A DNA stretch of 57,115 bases, filler included, from Streblomastix strix (lineage: Eukaryota), in assembly GCA_008636045.1 (NCBI GenBank). It is 2 parts of 2 records of this genome, joined end to end, with 100 filler letters (N's around TTAATTAATTAA, not from the genome) between each part and the next. Parts side by side here need not be neighbours in the genome. Positions count along the whole stretch, not along the records: positions 28,618 to 57,115 come from SNRW01000122.1; 1 more part is not named here. One strand, written 5' to 3'. Each line of letters opens with the position of its first letter. Within the stretch, counting starts at the first letter, position 1. The position numbers and the translations under genes are program-made. The notes under the pieces were generated by a model. It saw nothing but the letters and a program-made list of their open reading frames with translations, made no database searches and had not been told where the DNA came from. This document shows, piece after piece, positions 44,501 through 56,070 of this stretch.

Positions 44501-46898
44501 ATATTCCTCTTTCATTTATAAGAAGATTGATGTTTTCAAGTGACCATTCTTAATTCAATGTAAGAACTTTAAATAAAAATGAATAAATTAAGTTAATAGA
44601 TTATTTATCAGTTGATGTGTCATCCAATGCATTCTGAATATATTCATCCATCATCTCAAAGAAAGATCTGTGTTTCTAATTTCCTGGTTCTATTGAATCT
44701 TTATTCAATTCTTTACTTTCTTTCTTTTTATCCAAGAATATCTTTTTTGGGAGAAAATTGATCTCAGAAAGGAATCTTATTCTCACTTAATTTTACTCTT
44801 TCTTTTTCTGGAGCATGATATTCATTACCTGACATAGACTTATATGTGATGAATTCACTTCAACATACTGCATTAATTAGTGGACTACCAATTCTCTAAT
44901 ATTTATATCAGAGTTGTTCATCAGATTCTTTACAATTGGAAAGAACTCTCTCCAAGGGAGATAAATAGCATAAAACAACTTCCCTAATTCTAATTCAATA
45001 TTAACAACATCTTATTTATCTGAAGATTCAACAGATTGTTATATTGATTCTTTTTATTCTTTTTTCTCATTCAAATCAACTTTCTATTTAATAATATTCT
45101 TTTTTTAATCATCATTGTATTCCTTCACCAATTGTTCAATTTCTTTTCTTGCTTCTTCAGCACGTTATTTATAATCAAGCTTCTTAATTATCTAATCATT
45201 CAAATAACCATTTGATTCTCTATTCAACTGAACAATCTCTTTCACAACAATTTCATGGTTCTCTTTTGATAGTCTGTATAACCATGAACCATTTGGATCA
45301 AGAAAATTAACTAATAATATCCATCTATAATCTTCTTAAATTAAAGGTTGAGTTTATTAAGGATTTCTTCTTCTTATTTTAATTTAATGTATAGGAAGTG
45401 TCTGGATGTAATTAATTATACTCTATTGTTTAGTTTTCTTATTAATCTTTGTATTTAAAAAATATTACCCATTGAATAATTAAAACAAATGATGTTATCT
45501 TCCTAAAGGAATCATTTACTAGTAATAATTTTATAGTCTAAGCATTGTAAGAATTTAATCTATATCAAGTTTCTGTACAACATCATCAAAAGAAACTAAA
45601 ATCTGTTAAAATGGAGGAAATTTATTCATTTAATTACTTATTTGAACAAAGAAATCATCTTCATCCAATTTTTATGGACCTTGTTCTTTCTGTTTTTCAT
45701 TTCCTTTCTTCTTCTTTTCTTTCTCTTCCTCATTCTTCTTTTAAGATTATTAAACCAATTAAATGAAGAAATCTGCAAATATCTTTGGATAAGCATTCAC
45801 AAGTGGTCCATATAATATCTAATTGAATCCCGATGCCCTAATTATCTTCTTCACTAATTCTAAGATCGTGGGACCTTAATTCCCATAAAAGGATACTTTC
45901 TTCTTCTTTTATTCTTTCTATTTATCTTTAATTCCTTCAATAATTGTTGATTGAGGTGCAGATTAAAGAATTATTGGCAAAAGGAGATTGAAATATTATA
46001 CTAGAATTGTTGCAGATGTGAGTTTGGAAATTTCTATTTGATTTGTATTCAACGTCTTGATTTTATTGATCTTCATCTTTTTCCTTCCACGTTTTGGTTT
46101 TTATCTTGATACGTAACTAACCCTAGATAATTAATTACTCTTCTCATCATTATCATTTTTTGATTCAATTACTTTCTCTGCCCAAAAGCTTAGAAAGTCA
46201 ATTGCAGCAGCCCAACGGCATTGTATAAGTGTCTTCCAGTTATTCTACTCTGAATGTTCAATGAATGGTTCGGCTAGATTACCTTCTAATAATGTTTACG
46301 AAGCGAATACTATGATTGCTGTGTTGTGAATTAGTTCTTCTGGTGGTAGGGATTGTATATATTCATCAATAGCACGTTGAGCAATTGATAGTCCAGCTTT
46401 TATATTGGATTTTTTCTTTCCTTTACCTTCTTCTCTACCGATTGACCTAACAAGATCCAAACGCAATGGTTGTGGGCAAGATTTAATGACATCAAAATAT
46501 TTGGCAACGTGTGCTTCTTCTCCTTCAATTAATTAACTGTTAAGTATACTAGGTATACTTTTTATAGCTTACTGTTGAATAATGCGTGATTTGTTACTTA
46601 GTTATTTTGAAGCTGAATCGAGATCCTTGCTGCCATAACATGAATAGAGAGAAATTAGATTCAGAGAGAAGTCGTCTGCCAATTCCATTTCTTGGAGTAT
46701 TTTAAGCGCATGTTATTAAGTGCAGTTGACTACAACTCCTTCAATAGAATGCTTTCCAAATCGAGAAACCTGCCCTAAAGCTATCGCTACCTAGATTCGC
46801 TTAGGGTGGCTCAGCGCATCCAGCTGTGTCATCAGTTCATTCATCATTGTATTGGCAGATATGGTAAAAACACTATTAATATTGTCGTTATCTGCCAT
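41565..46898 (-). CDS. Intronless 1777-aa hypothetical alpha-helical protein
   Basis: ATG 46898 to TGA 41567-41565 is 5334 nt in frame. N-term LDALSHPKRIQVAIALGQ...SCYGSKD; C-term RRIGFEFL...CREDSSLFVSIPAM. Confidence 0.75.
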
Positions 46899-47271
46899 TG
46901 AGCTTGATAGCAAAGATAAAATATTCACCAAAAATCAGATATAAAAATGCAGCTAAATATTGTATTAATAATAATTATATATTTATATATCTTTATTTAT
47001 TAAATAAAATCGTGAAGTTTTCAGTTGGACAGATTTTTAAGTTTTCTAATTTTCCAATCATTTAATAATTTCATTTATTCGAATGATGAAATGAGTTGTT
47101 AAAGATCATCATCAATTCATTGTTTATAAGACATTTCTTATAATCTTCCTAATAATCAAGACCATTCAGAGCATCAAAAAATATTTATCATCTTAATTTG
47201 TTAATGTTTACTTCAGAGATTCTCAAATCAACTGAACGATGCACAAATATGAACTTCACTAATCAATATAT

Positions 47272-48412
47272 TCAATAATCAAATATATTAATTTTTTCAA
47301 TCTAAGGAATTGGAGCAACAAGCTTACGAGTCGGTTATGAGTTTAGTTGATTTAATTTCTATTGAGCTTTGCCCATTCGATAAGAAGGAAGATCTGTAAG
47401 TTGTGCAGCTTATGGTAACGATGAGAAATATTTATGTTCCAATGCCTATGTTAAAACAAATAAAATAAGTTAGAATAAAATTATAAATGAGAAATAAACC
47501 TCACTTGCACTTATTCTCTTATTTGGATCTAATTAAAGAAGCATATCAAGTAAATCCAAAGCATCTTACGGAGCTTTAGGGAATATATCCTACAGAGGCT
47601 TAGGACTAGATTAAGCAAATTCTATATAACTTGGAAGTTCTGTCACTCCTTCCCAAATATTTACATCAGGTGATCCTCTAACATAAAATATCTATGAAAG
47701 ATGATCCTGTTCTGTATCATGATCTGGATTGCCTGGAAAAAGAGGACCTCGCATCATTAGTTCACCAAATATACATCCAACTGACCATATATCTGCAGCT
47801 CCTGTGTATCTTGTTGCTCCAAATAGAAGTTCTGGTGATCGATATGCAATTGTGCAAAGTTGGGGTGTGAATTGCTCACCGGATTTGCCAAAAAAACGAG
47901 CAAATCCAAAGTCAGTCAGTTTGAGTGAGTTGTCTGGAGCAAGAAGGAAGTTGGCTGGTTTAATATCCTGTTGCATTAAGTTATATAAATAATTATATAC
48001 TTATAATAAAAATAATGATACATACGAGATGGAGGATAAAGTTGTTATGGCAATAAGCAAGAGCCGTAAGGATCATCTTCATATAAGCTTTTATGATAGA
48101 TTGATTTATCTCTATGTCCCTGTTATAGATTATTTCACTGAGATCACTCTCCATAAGCTCCTAGACAATATAGATGTCCGAGCTGCCCTTTGTTACAAAA
48201 TCGAGGATTTTGATAATGTATTCACAATCCAATTCTTACAACAAAGCTATCTCTCGGATTGACGTAAAGTTAACACCATGATCAAATCCTTTTGGTACTC
48301 GTTTCAACTTTTTCAGTGCAACTGCCATGCCATTTGCGCGATCTATACCTGAGTAGACGATACCATATGTTCCATGCCCGAGTTCACGGCCAACTTCGTA
48401 TCTATCAAGCAT
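47272..48412 (-). CDS. CDK7: CDK7/CDKD-like cyclin-dependent kinase, 3 exons
   Basis: GHGTYG, VALKK, GVNFTSIRE (CDK7/CDKD NxTALRE-type helix), DFGFARFFG..FTPQ..YRSPELLFGA. Introns 48025-47968 and 47499-47446; 1029 nt in frame. Confidence 0.85.
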
Positions 48413-49213
48413 AATGCAATAGTCTTCGAGAAAAAATATGTTTAAACGTAAATATTTATGTTGTTTGGTTAGAAAAAGTCAGATTTTTTTGCATAAGAAA
48501 TAAGTCGACTGATACTTCGCAATAAGTAAATAATATTTATTTATTTTCTTTTTTATGTTATCAAAATTTTTGGATTCATCGTTGCATACTACTTGGGCAA
48601 AGAAAAACTTTAATTTCAATGAACCTCAAGCTAAAATTTGTCAAAGCAAAATCTGGGTTTTCTACTTGCGATTCACTATTCATTTATTTTAGCGTATGTA
48701 CAAGCACATGCTTTTTATATAATTTTATGATTGATATTTTCAAAATACAAGCGCGTTCATGCTTTCGATGCAAAATAATATTTTCGAATCAAATGCGCGC
48801 CACAAAGTGCAAATCAAAACAAAATTAAACATTTAAAACATTTTTTATACTTATCAATATTAATTGGCCAAATTATATATTGTTTTATTTATTTAACAAG
48901 TATACTAACGCTGGACAGTATAAGAACATTTTTCACATTTATTATTGCAATTCCCATTTAAAACTAGGAAAATAAGTAAATCTCAAAGATAATTTTTAAT
49001 GTTGACATGCCATGTTATTATTTATATAATTAATCAAATCTAATCATGACCATAAAATCAGACCAACTTATCAAAATTATTTCATTGCCTAATAAATCTG
49101 AATAATGAAAATTTTTCAAGATCCAGCAACTTATTAATAAAATATATCAGATTCAACAAAATTATTTCACCAACTTACATTCCAAAACATTCTCTTAACT
49201 TATTAGAACTTAA

Positions 49214-49316
49214 TTATTCAACTTTTAATTTTATTTTTGAGTTTATTATTCAACTTTTAATTTTATTTTTGAGTTTATTATTCAACTTTTAATTTTATTT
49301 TTGAGTTTATTATTCA
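49214..49316. repeat. 32-bp tandem repeat x3.2 upstream of kinesin-2
   Basis: ttattcaacttttaattttatttttgagttta at 49214, 49246 and 49278, partial at 49310. Confidence 0.92.
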
Positions 49317-49386
49317 TTTAATTTCATTGAAAACGTTAATTTTTTTCAATAATTTATTTTATTTAGTTATCACTTCCACTTTAGAT

Positions 49387-52274
49387 ATGGATGACAATGT
49401 GAGAGTCATGGTACGATGCCGTCCTTTATCGTCAAAAGAAATTGAACAAAAATGTCAGATGTATTTATTAATTTAAATTTTTAATAATAATTTAATATTA
49501 TTATTTTTTATTTATATATATTTTATATATATTATATAGATGTGTTTTTGTCAACTAGAGTATAGGCAGTATACGCATAACGAGGCCTGAAAGCTCAAAA
49601 TTAACAGGTAATAATTTTTTAACAAAATAATATTCATTTGTTTATTATTATTAATAATGGATAGGTAGCAATGAAGCAAAATTTTAATTTGATCATACAT
49701 ATGGATTTGAGTTTATTACATTTTTATTTAACCTTCCTTCTTTGATTTTTATTTTATTATTATTGCATTTTAGTTCGAAATAGCAAGTTATATATGAAGA
49801 AAGTTGCCGTTTAATTGTAGATGGAGTTTTAAATGGATTCAACGGAACTATCTTTGCATATGGTTGAATATATATATTTTATTATCCCTTAATTTAACTA
49901 TTATTATTTCAAAGGATAAACAGGAACAGGTAAGACACACACAATGGAAGGTGTAGATGGAGATCCTGGAGTAACACCAAGAGCATTTGAGCATATATTT
50001 GCAGCTATTAAGAAAGAAGATGATTCTAAGAAGTTTCTGGTGGCAGCTTCGTACTTAGAAATCTATTAAGAGAAATTAAAAGACTTATTAGTTAAAGGGA
50101 AAGAAGGTTAATTGAATATTCATGAGTCACCAGAGAATGGTATTCATGTACCAGATTTGACAACTGTTATATGCGAGAACCCATAATCAATTGTTAAAGT
50201 GATGACACAAGGAAAGAAGAGGAGGACAACAGCATCTACAAATATGAATGAAACATCATCTAGATCTCATGGTATATTCATGATTAGGATTGAATGCTAG
50301 GATATGATCAATACTGATGCAGATGGTAATACAATTGTGAGAGTTGGGAAATTGAATCTTGTTGATTTAGCTGGATCTGAACGTCAGGAGAAGACTGGAG
50401 CATAAGGTCAGTAATTAAGTGAAGCCAATTGTATTAATAAATCTCTTATGAATCTTGGTGATGTTATCAAGAAGCTTACAAGGAAGAATCCGTAGCATAT
50501 ACCTTATAGGAATTCTAAGCTCACTCGTTTATTATAAGATTCATTGGGTGGTAATGCTAAGACAGTTATGATTGCAAATGTTGGACCTGCTGATTACAAC
50601 TTTGATGAGACATTTTCAACACTTAGATATGCAAATAGAGCCAAATAGATCAAGAATAAACCCATAGTGAACTGCACACAAGATGCAATGGTACTCCGCT
50701 TATAAGAAGAGATAGAACAACTCAAAGCACAATTAGCCAAGTAATAATAAGGAGGATGTCCATAATCATCTATTATAAGTAGTGTAGGAGGAGAAAGAGT
50801 GATATATCATGAGAATACAGAAGCAATCAAACATTTATAAGAAGAGATGGAGAAGAAAGTTAAAGAGAAGGATGATGCACTTGAATCTGAGAAAGGAAGA
50901 TTAGAAGAAGAAAGAAAGAAGATTGAAGATGATTTAAACAGAAGGAAAGAAGAATTAGAGAAGGAAAGACTTGAAAGAGAGAAAACAGCCAAAAGACTGA
51001 AATAGATGGAAGAGAAAGTAATTAAAGGAGGATCACATCTGCAGAAGATGGAAGCTAAACATAAGAAAGAATTGGCTGAATATGAAAGAAGGAAATAAGA
51101 AGAATTGAGATTAAAAGAAGCTGAATTAGAAGAAGAAAGAAAGAAAAGAGAATAAGTGATTGAAGAAGAGAAGAGAAAGAAGGATCAAGAAATGGAGGAG
51201 TTGATGTTTGAATAGAAAAAAAGAGAAAGGGAATTATCCATTCAATTATAGAAGAGAGAATAGATTGAGAAAGATATGAAGAAGAAACATGCTTCATTGG
51301 AAGAAGAAGCAATATCTAAGAAGAAGATGTTGGATGATCTAATGAAGATGTATAATGAGTCTGTTGCTGCAAATAAGAAGCTGAATGAAGAAAATTAATA
51401 AATAAAGATTGAAAATAAGAAAGTTACTCATGAATAATAAAAGATCTAACATGATCTTGAAGAATTAAAAGAAGAAGATAATAGAAAAGAAAGAACACTT
51501 GCAGGATTGCAGGATGAAATGGAAGAAATGCAAAATGAGTTTGAATTAGAAAAGGAACAATTAGTAGACACAATATTAGGATTAGAAATGGAGATGAAAT
51601 AAGACAAGATGATTATTGACTACTTTATTCCTCCATCTGAAGTAGAAAAGATCCGTAAATAGACAATATGGGTTGAAGATGGAGAAGTATGGGACATTAT
51701 TGGGAGTGAGACTGCAGGTAATGTTGTAAGAGGTCTTCTAATGCCTCAATATAATCAAGTTATTGGTACTAATGGAATAATTGATGAGATTAAAGGAGTA
51801 TTCTAAGACATACCAGATTCATATGGAAGTTCAATTACCCCACCTTCTTCATAAGATCAAAGAAAGAGATTAGTATAAGGTATTAATAATTAATAAAGAA
51901 TTAGACCTCAATCTTCTAATAATAATCCTGGATATGGATTAGGAATGAGTGTTAATGAGAATCAACCTGTGGCTCCTCCAATTCATTAAAGAAGGAATAA
52001 TATAGGAGAAGGGAACAGTGGGAGAATTGGAGATAATTCAATTATTTAACCTTCATTAGATATGCCTGAGAGAGCTACTAGAGATTTGGATTTAGATGAA
52101 ATTGAATAGAAATCCAGAATAAGTAGAATGGTTAGTGAGACATTGAATGCTGGAGAAGAAGAAATAATGGTTGAACCTGTTGATAATCTTCCAGATATTT
52201 AATATACCCAGAACATATAATAAATCTCCATTGTTTATTGGAATATAGTTAGACCTGAAATGGGTCGGATCTGA
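49387..52274 (+). CDS. KIF3: Kinesin-2 (KIF3/FLA10-like) motor subunit; last 24 codons come from the inserted retroelement
   Basis: [50 protein letters not shown], coiled stalk, kinesin-2 tail motifs IIDYFIPP...W and [10 protein letters not shown]. Four 5' introns. Confidence 0.92.
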
Positions 52275-52528
52275 CATAACTAATAACGAGGTTTAAAAAT
52301 AAAAATTGAGTGATGTGAGTAAAATCGTTTTTGAGTCGAGAGATCGAAAACCTCCCAGTACGAACATCACTATGCGTCTTAATCATTTTCCTCGTCTGTT
52401 GATATTTCCCCGAGATTCTCCAGTTCTACCACGTCTTATGCGTAAGGAACTGAGACTCCGGGCTATTGGAGACTATTAAAAAATAAATTTAAATGTTATA
52501 TAGTGTTGTGTTTGTTTAAAAACAAACT

Positions 52529-52636
52529 CAATGGAGATTTATTATATGTTCTGGGTATATTAAAAACCCAATCATAAATTCTGGGTTTTATATAACCCAA
52601 TCCATTATAATAAATCTCCATTGTTTATTGGAATAT
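52529..52636. repeat. Internal complementary region (ICR) of the DIRS element
   Basis: 52529-52564 is the exact 36-nt reverse complement of 52198-52233; 52606-52636 is an exact 31-nt direct copy of 52216-52246. Confidence 0.88.
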
Positions 52637-52672
52637 GTAGTCATTAGAAGAGGTATATATTGTTATTGAGTT

Positions 52673-52925
52673 TGGGCTTATGAAGTGATAATGTGAAGTG
52701 GCCCATGTGTAATTCAGGTATATTTTATAGATCTTTGGGCTAATGAAGTGGTTGTGTAGTGTAGCCCGTTAAATATTGATATGTTTGGGCTTATGAAATG
52801 TGTTTATGAAGTGGCCCATATATAGTTTAAATTTATATCTATATTTATATTTATATTTATATTTATATTTATCTATATTCGTATTTATTTATTGGGCATT
52901 TGAAGTGATATTGTGTTGTGGCCCA
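52673..52925. repeat. Array of four 33-nt TGGGC-N23-GCCC(A/G) units
   Basis: Units at 52673-52705, 52736-52768, 52786-52818 and 52893-52925 share a TGAA(G/A)TG core. Confidence 0.9.
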
Positions 52926-55896
52926 TATGTTGTTTAATAAATTATATTTGTTGAATGGGACGAACGTGCCATATCCAGGCCGTTTTCGAGACATGCCCAA
53001 CAAATATATTTAATATAAGTATTATAATTTCATTTATTTAATATTAATTATATAGTTTCATTGAATTCATATACCTCTTTTCATTCAAGATCAGCATTGA
53101 AGCGAGATCTCGTTCTACAGGTTTATTATAATAGATATCGACTACATTAGATGTCATAGCATGTCGTGTGAATGCATTCACTTCGGCTTATGTTGCCCCT
53201 GCTGCCCTTAATCTTGTCATCATAGCGTGGCGGATGGTTGGTCCAGTGTAGGGTGAAGTTACTCCAGCTCTTCTAATGATTGCTGTTAATTGGTGACTGC
53301 AATATTCAGAGCTAGCTGGTGAATGTTTTGTATGATTGTACCATATTTGATCTTCAGAAATTCCATCTGTATTTCTTTATTAGATCCATTTTCGTAGTGT
53401 TTTAACTGGACAACAAATACCGCTACGTTCTTCAAATGTTATTGTGTGAATGATTACTTGCTTCCCTTTTGAAGTTTGGGTTTTGAGAGATATATGATGA
53501 GTGTCATCAGTCATCTCAGATTGTTTCATAAATACAAGCTCTGTCATGCGAGCAGCACAGAAGGCAACGATCATAGCCATTGCAGTTTGTTAAATTTCTT
53601 CTGAAGTTGTTGGAATTTAAGTATTGATGTAATTAAAGAGTATTTGGAGGTTCCATATGGTTGGAAATCTGGGTTTAGATTAGATTGAGAGACCTTATCC
53701 TTTAGAGTAGGTTTTAACTAATGATGAATTGTTAATATCATTCATTTGTGAGAATTGAGAGAGCACAACTCCGCAGTGCATCTTCATATTCTTCATTCTC
53801 TGTTAGAGTCTTGGACCCCCGAGATCTTTATACCATGCCAGTGCATTAACTAGTTCGACATCAGGTTTGTTACCTAGTAAAGTAGAAGTGTTGATGTTGT
53901 TTTATTTCAGGTAATTAGCTAGTGGAGTTAATCCAGCTCTTCTTTTTCTCCATGTCTCTGGATTGATACCAGCAATCAGTTAGTCGATTGCAGTTGGGTC
54001 TAGTCTTGTTAATTCTGCAAGTTCTCTGTATAGTTGCTCTCCTTCCTTGTATTTATCTTTACCATTTCCATGATTCCTGGTGGTAGCTTTGAGAGTTCCT
54101 TCATTGTCTTACCTTTGATTAGAACTTGATCTGATGGTCCTAGTGTTACTTAGTTCTGAATTGGAGGGAGCATTGTTCTATACTTGTATAGGCACCACCT
54201 TGGGAGTATTAATACTGCTTCTGCTTGATCTCTAATCATCTTCTGAATTACTTTAGGAATAAGACCTATGGGGGGATGTAGGAGAAGTAGCTCGCTAGTC
54301 CATGGGATGTTCAGTGCGTTTCTGGCGATTGCTTTGTTGTCTTCTTATGGTGAACAGTACCTTTTCAATTACTTATTTGTTTTATGGGCGAAGGCGTCCA
54401 GCGTAGGTTGGAAGTTGATTTGATGAAGTGCTTCGTTCAGGAGAGTTGGGTTGATCTGGTAATCTCCTATCCATGACAGGCGGCTCAATGCATCTGCTGT
54501 CGAGTTCTCCAGTCCAGGAAGATGTTCTGTGTAGATCATTATGTCTAGATTATTAAGGAGAAGAAAGATCTCTCTCACTAGATGTAGGATTGCTGATGCT
54601 GCTTTCCATTTGCGTATCACAAATTCTGTTGTTGTATTGTCTGTCTTGAGGAGAATGCATTTCGTTTGCCAGTCTGTTAGTGTTTGTTATTGGTTTCTCA
54701 ATGAGATCAGAACTGCTGCTAGTTCTCTCTAGTTACTAGAATGGAGATGCCAGGAACCTTACCATTGGCCCGCGTCCAATATCTATTCGTTGGAATGATC
54801 TAATGTCATGCCCCAGCCATCTTCGCTAGCATCTGTCGTCAGAGTTGAGTTCGGGGTTCGATCTTTCAATTATCTTGGTTTATTTTGTTTAATCATGATT
54901 AGGATTGTTTACAGATTACCCAGAATTTGTTTGTTCAACTTCACTGATGCTTCCCATCCACCTTTGGCTACTGCTCTAGTTTTTAGGTTGTTCAGAGAGT
55001 TCATCCAGAGTGATATTTGAGGGAATTGGAATCGAAGGTAGTTAATGTCTCCAATCAGAGATGCTAGGCTTCTAATAGTCACAATTTGTCTCTCGTTTGT
55101 CATCTGGATCCATGTCTTTAATTTGTTCTTCATCTCTCGCCTTCTATTTTGTGTCATTGTTACTTCCATTGAAGCAGTTTGGAATTACCAACCTAGATAT
55201 TAGAAAGTCATCTTGGGTATTAGAACACACTTATTGGGTGAAAGGCGCCAACCTAGGTTCTGTAGGAAGCGAATCACATCTTGTGTTGTCTATTTCAAGG
55301 TGTCCTTTGAATGGTGGATTAGGATTATGTCGTCCATATAGTGTTGTATCTTGATTTTCCATTTTGTTCTAATTGCTCGTATAGCTATTGCAAGTGTTTT
55401 ACTGAAGAAGAAGGGGCTGAGGTTCCATCCAAATGGGAGGCCAGTGTATGTGTAGCTTCTATTCTTAAATTTAAAGCCGAGAAATTGTTGTAAATTGGGT
55501 TGAACATGAATATGGTGGAATGCATCCTTAATGTCTAGGATTGTTGCATAGTCTGATTGTTGAAGAATTTGTCTCAACTGTTCTGGGCCATCCATTTTGA
55601 AGTGAACATGTTTCGTGAAGAAGTTAATCCTTCTGCAATCCAATATTTTCCTCAGTCTTCCATCCTTTCGAGGGACAATGAATGTTGGGTTAAAAACCTG
55701 TATTGAGTTCGTCTCCTTGATTATACCATTCTCGAGCTCTTCGTTCAACTAATTTTGATACTCCTGCTCCTGGATCGGGTTACCCTTGAATTGACGTGGT
55801 TATTTCATTTACTATAGGAGGAGAGGAGCTATTGGTGATGTCCATTCTGGTTGGGCTCCATTTATGATCATTTGTTCGCCTCCGATCTTGTTCCAT
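52714..55896 (-). CDS. DIRS tyrosine recombinase ORF (conserved domain ~54050-53090; frame overlaps the RT ORF)
   Basis: FCAARMTEL (Arg), CPVKTL, GPTIRHAMMTRLRAAG, FTRH, VDIYYNKP (Tyr). The frame is free of TGA from 55998 to 52717; start and stop are uncertain. Confidence 0.82.
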
Positions 55897-56039
55897 TCGG
55901 TCAATCTCGTCATTAGTCTGTCTGGAACCGGCACATTATTGAGATCTGTCATCATTTGAGGCATTGTTCCCTCGTTCGCTGTCTGTTACTGTGTTTATTC
56001 ATTAATCATCATCATCATTCTCGCTCTTGGAGTCATCAT
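53976..56039 (-). CDS. DIRS pol: reverse transcriptase, RNase H and adenine-methyltransferase-like domain (687 aa)
   Basis: ILDCRRIN, LDIKDAFHH, LPFGWNLSP, YMDD; TTDASEDGWG, NQRELAA, KTDNTT, HLPGLENSTADALSR; LDAFA...HPPIGLIPKVIQK...LILPRW. Uninterrupted in code 6. Confidence 0.95.
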
Positions 56040-56070
56040 TCATTACTCCAGGGTCTTCCACTCGATCGAT

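Noticed and set aside
52246..52370. Possible pseudoknot or ribozyme in the terminal repeat (gaggttt/aaacctc, agtgatgt/acatcact)
   Set aside because: Stems of 7-8 bp can arise by chance, and no hammerhead or HDV core was found.
52673..52925. CRISPR array interpretation of the 33-nt units
   Set aside because: Units are degenerate, spacers vary from 17 to 74 nt and are low-complexity, there are no cas genes, and the context is a eukaryotic retroelement.
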